Assembly (NCBI GenBank): GCA_964493115.1
Contig: CAZBNF010000002.1
Location: forward strand, 4,461 to 44,826
Reading direction: 5' to 3'
From: an uncultured Planctomycetia bacterium
Lineage (GTDB): Bacteria > Omnitrophota > Gorgyraeia > JABMRG01
Length of the DNA stretch: 40,366 nt
Below are positions 1 through 7,236 of this stretch, one piece after another (the first letter of the stretch is position 1; the number at the start of each line of letters is the position of its first letter). Below the pieces are notes generated by a model. It saw nothing but the letters and a program-made list of their open reading frames with translations, had not been told where the DNA came from and made no database searches. A program made the position numbers and the translations under genes.

Positions 1-158
1 TTTTTGGATATCCTTTTGGGTGTTTTCTTAAACGCTTTCTTAGGCTTTTTTTTGGCCGCTTTCTTGGCTGTCTTTTTCGATTTCTTTTTTACACTTTTAG
101 GCATTGCCCGTTCCTTTGCCGCTTTCTTTACTTTTTTCTTTGCCCGCTTCTTTGCCAT
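1..158 (-). CDS. Lys/Ala-rich, histone H1-like low-complexity protein N-terminus (partial, runs off window start)
   Basis: ATG at 158 with AGGAG RBS upstream; reads MAKKRAKKKVKKAAKERAMPKSVKKKSKKTAKKAAKKKPKKAFKKTPKRISK with no stop to the window edge; follows leuS in the same orientation; not in the ORF track. Confidence 0.75.
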   Translation of the reverse strand, partial: MAKKRAKKKVKKAAKERAMPKSVKKKSKKTAKKAAKKKPKKAFKKTPKRISK

Positions 159-187
159 TACTAGTCTCCTTTATTAATTTAGCGTTT

Positions 188-2641
188 TTATATAACTATA
201 TTTACCAGCTTTTTGTCAACCACAATAAACTTCTTTATACAGGTATCCTTTATATAACCCTTAATCTTATCATCTGCCAGAACAGCTGCTTTTATCTGAT
301 CTTGGGCGGCGGAATCTTCTACCTCTATCCTGGAACGCAGTTTCCCGTTTATCATAACAGGTAAAACCAGCATCTCTTCTTTGGCTTTTAACTCATCAAA
401 ACATGGCCATTGCTGGTTGAACACGCTGGGCTGGCAGCCTAATATCTCCCATAGCTCTTCGGCTATATGAGGAACAAAAGGGGCTAAGAGAAGTACCGCA
501 ATTATTGCAGCGTCTTTTGCGTAATATATATTATCAGTTTCTATGGCGGAATATGCCTCATTTACAAGTTCCATAACAGCACTTATGGCTGTATTAAATT
601 TGAAATCTCCTTCAACATCCCTGGTGACCTTTTTTACAGTCTGGTGTATCTTGCGTTCAAGGGCCCTGTCTCGCGGCTTTAAATTCTTCTCAATCTTTTC
701 AAGTTCTTTCACCTTAAGAATCAGCCTCCAGAGACGGCCCAGAAATCTATAAGCACCCTCTACCGCCCTGTCATTCCATTCCGCGTCTTTTTCAGGGGGG
801 CCTATAAATAAGGTATATAGCCTTATTGTATCAGCGCCATATCTGGCAATAAGATCATCGGGCGAAACTACATTTCCCTTTGATTTAGACATCTTGGCGC
901 CATCTTTTATTATCATGCCCTGGGTGAAAAGAGCCCTGAAAGGTTCATTGAAACTAATATATTTTAAATCAGCCAATACTTTCGCGATAAACCTTGAATA
1001 AAGAAGATGAAGTATGGCATGCTCAACACCTCCTATATATTGATCGACAGGAAGCCATTTGTCAACCATCTCTTTATCAAACGCCCGGGAGGCATCATCA
1101 GGAGATAGGTAACGCAGAAAATACCAGCTTGAATCAACAAAGGTATCCATGGTGTCTGTCTCGCGCCTGGCATCACCCTTGCACCTGGGGCACTTTGTCT
1201 GGACAAATTCCTTTGAACTTGCAAGGGGTGACTCTCCATAAGGCCTGAAATCCACTTTTTCAGGGAGTAAGACAGGGAGCGCTTTTTCAGGCACGCCTGT
1301 AATACCGCATTTATCACAATATACAACAGGTATGGGTGCTCCCCAATAACGCTGTCTTGATATCAGCCAATCCCTTAGCCTGAAATGGACAGCCCTCTGG
1401 CCCGTTGATTCCTTTTCCATCCAGTCAGTAATTTCTTTCACAGCTTCTCTGTTACCCAGGCCATTAAACTTTTCGGAGTTTACCATTATCCCGTCTTCGA
1501 TATACGCTTTTTCCATGCCTGATACTGCTATCGGGCCGCGAGGATCGTCTATTACAACCCTTAAGCCTAAATTATATTTTTTGGCAAATTCAAAATCCCT
1601 CTGGTCGTGCGCGGGAACAGCCATCACAGCGCCTGTTCCGTATTCCATAAGCACATAGTTTGCTATCCACAGTGGTATTTTCTCATTATTTACAGGATTT
1701 ATAACGTAACAGCCGGTAAAAACACCTTTTTTTTCGGTTTCCTGGGCAGTGCGCAATACCTTGGACTGCGTTCTTGCAGAGGAGATAAACTCATATATTC
1801 TATCCTTGTCTGGCCTATTTTCAATGAGCCTTGGAATATCAGGGTGTTCCGGGGCAAGGACCATATAAGTAGCGCCAAAAATAGTATCAACTCTTGTTGT
1901 ATAGCAGGTAATCTTGGCATCCTCACCATCCACCGGAAAATCTATATTTACACCGATACTCTTCCCTATCCAGTTAGCCTGCATAGTCTTTACCCGTTCA
2001 GGCCAATACTCTAAACTCGATATATCATCAAGAAGCCTATGCGCATAATCCGTTATCCTGAAAAACCACTGCTCAAGGTCTTTTTCAATTACCCTGCTAT
2101 CGCATCGTTGGCAGAGATTATTTATAACCTGTTCATTAGCTAGCACAGTATTGCAAGAGGGGCACCAGTTTACAGCCGCTTTTTTCTTATAGGCAAGGCC
2201 TTTTTCAAATAATTTCAAAAATATCCACTGCGTCCACTTATAGTAATCAGGCAGACATGATGTAACCTCTCTTGACCAGTCATAGCCCGCTCCCCACTGG
2301 ACAAGTTGTTTCTTCATGGCAGCTATATTATTAAGCGTTGACTCTTTAGGATGCAACCCTCCTTTTATGGCGGCATTTTCCGCAGGTAGACCAAAGGCAT
2401 CCCAGCCTATAGGCGAAAGTACGTTATAACCTTTCATGATTTTATAACGCGCCAGGGCATCGCCTATTATATAATTCCTGCCATGGCCTACATGCAATTT
2501 ACCTGAAGGATAAGGAAACATAACAAGGCAATAGTATTTTTCTTTTTTGCTGTCAGGGTCCATACGAAAAAGGCCTCTCTTTTCCCAATAGCCCTGCCAC
2601 TTTTTCTCTATTACATCAAATGGGTATAACGCGTCTTTCAT
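188..2641 (-). CDS. leuS: Leucine--tRNA ligase
   Basis: MFPYPSGKLHVGH (HIGH), KMSKS, CP1 editing region YTTRVDT/GTGAVMAVPAHDQRD, DWLISRQRYWG; AGGAG RBS. Confidence 0.99.
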   Translation of the reverse strand: MKDALYPFDVIEKKWQGYWEKRGLFRMDPDSKKEKYYCLVMFPYPSGKLHVGHGRNYIIGDALARYKIMKGYNVLSPIGWDAFGLPAENAAIKGGLHPKESTLNNIAAMKKQLVQWGAGYDWSREVTSCLPDYYKWTQWIFLKLFEKGLAYKKKAAVNWCPSCNTVLANEQVINNLCQRCDSRVIEKDLEQWFFRITDYAHRLLDDISSLEYWPERVKTMQANWIGKSIGVNIDFPVDGEDAKITCYTTRVDTIFGATYMVLAPEHPDIPRLIENRPDKDRIYEFISSARTQSKVLRTAQETEKKGVFTGCYVINPVNNEKIPLWIANYVLMEYGTGAVMAVPAHDQRDFEFAKKYNLGLRVVIDDPRGPIAVSGMEKAYIEDGIMVNSEKFNGLGNREAVKEITDWMEKESTGQRAVHFRLRDWLISRQRYWGAPIPVVYCDKCGITGVPEKALPVLLPEKVDFRPYGESPLASSKEFVQTKCPRCKGDARRETDTMDTFVDSSWYFLRYLSPDDASRAFDKEMVDKWLPVDQYIGGVEHAILHLLYSRFIAKVLADLKYISFNEPFRALFTQGMIIKDGAKMSKSKGNVVSPDDLIARYGADTIRLYTLFIGPPEKDAEWNDRAVEGAYRFLGRLWRLILKVKELEKIEKNLKPRDRALERKIHQTVKKVTRDVEGDFKFNTAISAVMELVNEAYSAIETDNIYYAKDAAIIAVLLLAPFVPHIAEELWEILGCQPSVFNQQWPCFDELKAKEEMLVLPVMINGKLRSRIEVEDSAAQDQIKAAVLADDKIKGYIKDTCIKKFIVVDKKLVNIVI

Positions 2642-2651
2642 CTTACTCCTA

Positions 2652-2680
2652 TTGACAACTTTGATTAATGGTGTTATAAT
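2652..2680 (+). promoter_or_regulatory. Consensus sigma70 promoter of tRNA-Ala
   Basis: TTGACA (2652-2657), 17 bp, TATAAT (2675-2680), 12 bp before the tRNA. Confidence 0.9.
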
Positions 2681-3453
2681 TTTTCATCACGTGGGGCTGT
2701 GGTGCAGTTGGAAGCACGACACAATGGCATTGTGTAGGTCAGGGGTTCGATCCCCCTCAGCTCCACCATTTTTATTATTTCCTCTCCTATCGACTGCAAT
2801 CTATACTGGAGCAAAGAGTTCAAATAGTAAACAGCACATACCCCTTTATAGCCTAATTTTTGGGTAGGTTTATTCTTTGTTCTTTTATCAAAATAGCTTC
2901 TGTAAAATTTTGTTAATGGTATATTAGTTGCCTCTGACCAAAAAGCCATAAGTTCATAAGGATTTTGGTCTGCTCTATGCATAACCCTGCATCTGAATTT
3001 AGATTCATCTATATCAAAATTGTTTCTCAATAATCTCAAAAATAATTTTATTAGCCCTGGATCAGAATTGCCAAAACTTACAAAATCCGTTGCGGGGTGC
3101 TTGCTGCCTTCGCACAGATAAAGTATCGCGCAAACAATTCTTCCTATATTCTCATCATGGTAAGGCAACTTGCTATATTTTGTACTTTCAGTTAAAATTT
3201 TAGATCTTTTATCTGAAGCCTTTTTCTTGCATGCCTTAGTTGCTAACTTTCTCGCCTTATATATTGATATTATCTCTTTTGTCTTCAAGCGGAGTTTCTG
3301 CTCTTGGCTAAGTTCTACATCTTGTACCCAGCCACTAATGGTATTCTTTGGAAGTGCCATTTTACAGGAAATTTCGCCTAATGATAGCCCTAAATGGCGT
3401 AATTCTCTTGCTTCTGACCTTATATGGGTAGGGTATACGGTTCCTCGTGGCAT
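2674..3453 (-). CDS. HTH + LAGLIDADG-like endonuclease-domain protein, tRNA-associated; C-terminal ~30 aa is antisense read-through of tRNA-Ala
   Basis: N-terminal HTH (ARELRHLGLSLGEISCKMALPKNTISGW); ILYLCEGSK and FGNSDPGLIKLFLRLL resemble single-motif LAGLIDADG domains; GGAAGG RBS. Confidence 0.65.
   Translation of the reverse strand: MPRGTVYPTHIRSEARELRHLGLSLGEISCKMALPKNTISGWVQDVELSQEQKLRLKTKEIISIYKARKLATKACKKKASDKRSKILTESTKYSKLPYHDENIGRIVCAILYLCEGSKHPATDFVSFGNSDPGLIKLFLRLLRNNFDIDESKFRCRVMHRADQNPYELMAFWSEATNIPLTKFYRSYFDKRTKNKPTQKLGYKGVCAVYYLNSLLQYRLQSIGEEIIKMVELRGIEPLTYTMPLCRASNCTTAPRDEKL
2693..2768 (+). tRNA. tRNA-Ala(GGC)
   Basis: 76 nt cloverleaf: acceptor GGGGCTG/CAGCTCC with G3:U70, anticodon arm ACACA-ATGGCAT-TGTGT, T-arm AGGGG-TTCGATC-CCCCT, encoded CCA. 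Confidence 0.97.
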
Positions 3454-3479
3454 TATAACCTTCCGTATTATATGAAGTT

Positions 3480-3508
3480 ATCTTATTGCATATAAGAACA
3501 AAAGTCAA
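3480..3508 (-). promoter_or_regulatory. sigma70 promoter for the HTH-LAGLIDADG ORF (and possibly leuS)
   Basis: minus strand TTGACT, 17 bp, TAAGAT. Confidence 0.6.
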
Positions 3509-3636
3509 GAGATATCAGTCCAAATTTCGAAAAATTACTCTTTTTTTTGATATAACTTCTTTAAATTTAGTATATTGCATCAAAAATCACTGAAATATTA
3601 CCATATTTCTCTGCTTTCCTTGCTTAAATAATTCTC

Positions 3637-3665
3637 TTGACTTATAAAAGTAGTATATATAGAAT
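3637..3665 (+). promoter_or_regulatory. sigma70 promoter of tRNA-Leu
   Basis: TTGACT (3637-3642), 17 bp, TAGAAT (3660-3665). Confidence 0.7.
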
Positions 3666-3684
3666 ATCTTTACGTTGAATATTA

Positions 3685-3771
3685 GCCGAGATGGCGGAAC
3701 TGGCATACGCGCCGGTCTCAAAAACCGGTGATCGCAAGGTCATGTGGGTTCGATTCCCACTCTCGGCACCA
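3685..3771 (+). tRNA. tRNA-Leu(CAA)
   Basis: 87 nt; acceptor GCCGAGA/TCTCGGC, anticodon arm CCGGT-CTCAAAA-ACCGG, long variable arm, T-arm GTGGG-TTCGATT-CCCAC, ACCA end. Confidence 0.97.
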
Positions 3772-4146
3772 ACTACTCGGGGGAATCGAAGTGAGCCCTG
3801 TTTTAAAATGCGACAAGACGGAGCATTTTAAGGGCGAGTGGCCGACCCGAAATGAACGAAGTGAATGCAGGGCGCCGATTCCCACTCTCGGCACCAACTA
3901 CTCGGGGGAATCGAAGTGAGCCCTGTTTTAAAATGCGACAAGACGGAGCATTTTAAGGGCGAGTGGCCGACCCGAAATGAACGAAGTGAATGCAGGGCGC
4001 CGATTCCCACTCTCGGCACCAACTACTCGGGGGAATCGAAGTGAGCCCTGTTTTAAAATGCGACAAGACGGAGCATTTTAAGGGCGAGTGGCCGACCCGA
4101 AATGAACGAAGTGAATGCAGGGCGCCGATTCCCACTCTCGGCACCA
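3751..4146 (+). repeat. tRNA-linked tandem repeat: three identical 125-bp units plus a fourth copy of the 21-nt tRNA-Leu 3' end
   Basis: CGATTCCCACTCTCGGCACCA starts at 3751, 3876, 4001 and 4126; the intervening 104 bp are identical in each unit. Confidence 0.97.
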
Positions 4147-4156
4147 AAAACTAAAA

Positions 4157-4194
4157 GCCGTTGTAAACATTATAGTTACAACGGCTTATTTTTA
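4157..4194. terminator. Inverted repeat / intrinsic terminator at the left end of the HEPN-MNT islet
   Basis: AAGCCGTTGTAA-acattatag-TTACAACGGCTT followed by ATTTTTATTT. Confidence 0.7.
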
Positions 4195-4228
4195 TTTGTG
4201 CCAACACACAGTACTTCGCCAGCAATTT

Positions 4229-4807
4229 TTATTTCCAAACCTTCAACTGCTCAAACTTGACTTTAAATTTCTTAAAGAATTTTTCAATAGCTTCCTTCTG
4301 CATATGCGGGATCATTATGCAACCTGGTGAAAGTTTCTGACCGCCTATTTCTTGCAGTAAACCTTTATACTTATAATCCTTTTTTGTCTGCTCATAAAGC
4401 TGTCTGTTAAATCTTGCCTTGTCTTTCTGGGGTAAACTGCTTATTTGGAAAGAGTAAATCAGAAAAGGTTTCTGTTGTAGTAATATGGCAGATGGGATAT
4501 CTGATGGCTCTTTTAGATAGAGAACTTTCCCTTCCTGAAAGATGTTTTGTAACAAGCCGGTATCTGTTTTTTGCAATTCAGCTACGGTTCTTATAGTTGG
4601 CTGAATATTCCTGCCTATTGCAGATTCAAGCTCTATTACCCTATCCTCCACTTCTTTTTTAGTCTTATCATCTGTTGTAAGTATGAATAAGTCAATATCT
4701 GACCTTGAAGTAAACTCTCCTCTGGCAAGACTGCCATAAAGGATAACTGCCTTTACATCTTCGATTCCGGAAAGCTCTTTTGCTATCTTCTTAAGTATTC
4801 TCTTCAT
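4229..4807 (-). CDS. Minimal nucleotidyltransferase (MNT) with an extra C-terminal domain; putative antitoxin
   Basis: LYGSLARGEFTSRSDIDL pol-beta NTase motif; ~80 aa C-terminal alpha/beta extension; overlaps the upstream ORF. Confidence 0.85.
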   Translation of the reverse strand: MKRILKKIAKELSGIEDVKAVILYGSLARGEFTSRSDIDLFILTTDDKTKKEVEDRVIELESAIGRNIQPTIRTVAELQKTDTGLLQNIFQEGKVLYLKEPSDIPSAILLQQKPFLIYSFQISSLPQKDKARFNRQLYEQTKKDYKYKGLLQEIGGQKLSPGCIMIPHMQKEAIEKFFKKFKVKFEQLKVWK

Positions 4808-5159
4808 AGATTTTCACCTCAAATCTTTTTTCAAAAAACTCAATTATTATTTTGAGATTATCTATAGCTTGCTTGGCTCTTTTGCCGTTAATCCCATCAT
4901 AACCCAAGTCCCCATAAGCAAACCAGACTTTTCTCATTGCCTTGTTTATCTCATCAGGAAAATTCTTATTTGAGTATTCGTGCCTGCTTTGATGGTCTCC
5001 GAAATGCTCTCCCTTCCTGGCAGCATCAGCTTCTACTAATTGCTCAACAACCTTTGTGCCTAAATCTCCCACTACTGTGCTCTGCTTGTTATTATAGGCA
5101 TTAATTGTTGCCCTAAACTTCTCTTTCGCCAATTCCAAATGCTTCTGAAAATCTCCCAT
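4791..5159 (-). CDS. HEPN-like protein, putative toxin partner of the MNT
   Basis: 122 aa, predicted all-helical, HLELAKEKF N-terminal helix, DHQSRH and LGYDG segments; translationally coupled to the MNT. Confidence 0.6.
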   Translation of the reverse strand: MGDFQKHLELAKEKFRATINAYNNKQSTVVGDLGTKVVEQLVEADAARKGEHFGDHQSRHEYSNKNFPDEINKAMRKVWFAYGDLGYDGINGKRAKQAIDNLKIIIEFFEKRFEVKIYEENT

Positions 5160-5175
5160 TTTAACTCCCTTAGCT

Positions 5176-5229
5176 TTCGTTATTGTAACGAATTATGGCT
5201 ATTTTGTCAAGTTTTTCGTTATAGTAACG
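5176..5229 (-). promoter_or_regulatory. Promoter of the HEPN-MNT operon with two palindromic operators
   Basis: minus strand TTGACA (5210-5205), 17 bp, TACAAT (5187-5182); palindromes TTCGTTA-ttg-TAACGAA (5176-5192, over the -10) and CGTTA-tag-TAACG (5217-5229). Confidence 0.75.
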
Positions 5230-5430
5230 GGGCAGGTATATTTAAACCTTATGCTATCCGCTTGCCTAATCCTGCTCAAATACGGCACAAAAGTTGTATA
5301 ATACTGCACCCATCGGGCAACCGAATAGATAAAAACAGATAAAAAGGCGTAACATTATATGAATTATAAAGTTACACAAATAGGAACAACCAAACTCATC
5401 CCAGTACAACCAAACAAAACTCTTTTTAGT

Positions 5431-5468
5431 CGAATCCCACTCTCGGCACCAACTACTCGGGGGAATCG
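5431..5468 (+). repeat. attR-like copy of the tRNA-Leu 3' end plus the first 17 bp of the repeat spacer
   Basis: CGAATCCCACTCTCGGCACCAACTACTCGGGGGAATCG matches 3751-3788 with one mismatch. Confidence 0.92.
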
Positions 5469-5607
5469 TCTTTGCCCGCTCCTGCAGCTGTTGTTACATC
5501 GTCTTTACCTGCTCTTTTAATTCAGAGGTCTCATCAGCACGGGCTTGCGCAGCAAAACAAAAACTAAATATACCTAATGCAAAAAAACAGATTATGGCCT
5601 TTCGCAT
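5469..5607 (-). pseudogene. Truncated exported/outer-membrane (porin-like) protein remnant
   Basis: GAGGAGG RBS; MRKAIICFFALGIFSFCFAAQARADETSELKEQVKTM*QQLQERAKT = signal peptide + coiled coil with an in-frame TAA, cut off at the att copy. Confidence 0.65.
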
Positions 5608-5624
5608 AGTTCAATCCTCCTCAA

Positions 5625-5675
5625 AAAATAAACCCAAGGCCCGCTAAATTGCTGCAGAATCCTTGGGTTTATTTT
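5625..5675 (-). terminator. Terminator/attenuator hairpin immediately upstream of the remnant's RBS
   Basis: AAAATAAACCCAAGG...CCTTGGGTTTATTTT 15-bp stem with U-tract, directly followed by GAGGAGG. Confidence 0.65.
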
Positions 5676-5986
5676 AAAAAATTTGCTGAAGCAGCTACTC
5701 TTGCTTGCTTGCTTAGAAATCAATTTTGCCTCCACTCATGTTGACTATATCATACTATCGCAAAAATGCATCTATTTGGTTTATACCACCACCATTGTCA
5801 AGACCAGTTTTTAAGAAAATTAAGATATAGCAGCAGTAGTGGTTTCTCTTTCTTTTTTTGCTTCTTTTAAAGGGTGAGTGAAGGCAAACGCATAAAGTCC
5901 GCGGCGGAATGCACCAAAGACGGATGAAGCCTGACGACTGCGATTGCCAAGGGAGTGAAAAATATGTTGTGTAAAAATAGTTATAA

Positions 5987-7222
5987 TCAAGGCGTCATTG
6001 TAAATATCTTTCTGGCTATTTCGGGATACTTAGCAATAAACCTTAGTTCGTCTTCAACTAAAGGTTTCTGCGTCTGGACATTGCCATATCGGACTAACTC
6101 TAAAATCTCAGTTGCCTCTTTTTCATCGTGGAATTTTATTTCTAATTTTTCATAAACATTCCTGAATCCCTTGATACCGCTATATTCACCTGCGGTTATT
6201 TGCCTGCCCGTCTCAATTATCTCTGGTTCACCTCGCCCTAATTCTTCAAAGTCATAGAGTTCGTAATTACGCCTATCCTTTAATGCACCGTCAGCGTGTA
6301 TGCCTGATTCATGGGCAAAAGCATTGGCACCAACTCCAGGCTGATTTATAGGTATAGGGATACCAAAGGCATAGGAAGCGTATTTGGCAATTCTCCAGGC
6401 CTTGGATAGATCTACGCGTTCATCTAAAACATATTTATCCTTGAACCCGCTTGAGTACTTTATAGCCAATATAACTGATACCAAGTCCGCATTCCCTGCC
6501 CGTTCACCAGTGCCATTAACAGTAGTATTTATATAGGCGTCCACTCCCGCATCAATAGCTGCCTTTGCTCCGGCTAAAGAAGTAGCCACAACTAACCCTA
6601 AGTCATTATGGCAATGCAACTCTATAGGGATATTTACCTCTTCGGCTAAAACCTTTATGCGTTCATAGATTGTAAATGGATCATCAAATCCTAACGTGTC
6701 GCAATAACGAATTCTGTCCGCACCGTGCTCTTTTGCCGCTTTGGCAAATTTAATAAGGTACTCCATACCAGTTCGTGAAGCATCTTCAGCGTTTACTCCT
6801 ACTGTTTTTATTCCTTTTTGTTTAGCCAAATCTACTGCTTCGGTCATTTCTCTGATTACGTCATCTTTGGAGAATTTTCCCTTGAATTTCCCCTGGATCA
6901 TTTGGTCTGAAGTAGAAATAGAAAGATTAAGGTGCTCTAAATTGCTTAGTTTTGTAGCCGCTTCTACATCTTCAGGTATTGCTCTAATCCAGCCCTCCAA
7001 GATTATCGGTTTAAGCACTCCCATCTTAGCCAACTCCAAATTGGCGTTAAGATAGTTTGTCTCGTGGTGAGTTACAGGAAAGCCAAACTCGCTTTGATAA
7101 ATCCCCATCTTGTTAAGATAGAGATTTATCATTGTTTTCTGCAATTTTGAAAGGCAAATTCTTGAAGTCTGGACTCCGTCCCTATTGGTAACATCAATAA
7201 TATAAATCTTATTCTTTGACAT
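5987..7222 (-). CDS. LeuA/homocitrate synthase family DRE-TIM enzyme, probably Re-citrate synthase
   Basis: DVTNRDGVQ, NAEDASR, CDTLG, ELHCHNDLG, GTGERAGN, FAHESGIHADG; no LeuA regulatory domain; from memory resembles the Dehalococcoides-type Re-citrate synthase. Confidence 0.75.
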   Translation of the reverse strand: MSKNKIYIIDVTNRDGVQTSRICLSKLQKTMINLYLNKMGIYQSEFGFPVTHHETNYLNANLELAKMGVLKPIILEGWIRAIPEDVEAATKLSNLEHLNLSISTSDQMIQGKFKGKFSKDDVIREMTEAVDLAKQKGIKTVGVNAEDASRTGMEYLIKFAKAAKEHGADRIRYCDTLGFDDPFTIYERIKVLAEEVNIPIELHCHNDLGLVVATSLAGAKAAIDAGVDAYINTTVNGTGERAGNADLVSVILAIKYSSGFKDKYVLDERVDLSKAWRIAKYASYAFGIPIPINQPGVGANAFAHESGIHADGALKDRRNYELYDFEELGRGEPEIIETGRQITAGEYSGIKGFRNVYEKLEIKFHDEKEATEILELVRYGNVQTQKPLVEDELRFIAKYPEIARKIFTMTP

Positions 7223-7236
7223 AAAACATCCTCCTT

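Larger units (their letters stand above)
4147..5468. mobile_element. Integrase-less genomic islet at tRNA-Leu carrying a HEPN-MNT pair
   Basis: Bounded by direct repeats of the tRNA-Leu 3' end (4126-4146 and 5431-5451, one mismatch); GTAAC...GTTAC and TTGTGCC motifs near both ends; no recombinase gene. Confidence 0.7.

Noticed and set aside
2642-2700. T-box leader for leuS
   Set aside because: The space is occupied by the tRNA-Ala promoter and gene; no T-box consensus or terminator is visible.
3751-4146. CRISPR array
   Set aside because: The spacers are identical and 104 bp long, the repeat is the tRNA-Leu 3' end, and there are no cas genes.
3728-4330. Short ORFs (63-71 aa) over tRNA-Leu and the tandem repeat
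   Set aside because: They are translations of tRNA and repeat sequence (MVPRVGI is antisense tRNA) with no RBS.
5225-5236. TAACGGGGCAGG as a half-copy of the pckG palindromic element
   Set aside because: No partner arm; better explained as part of the second CGTTA-N3-TAACG operator.
5871-5955. GC-rich intergenic stretch downstream of the synthase gene as an ncRNA
   Set aside because: I found no convincing stem set, second copy or known motif by eye; an Infernal scan would be needed.
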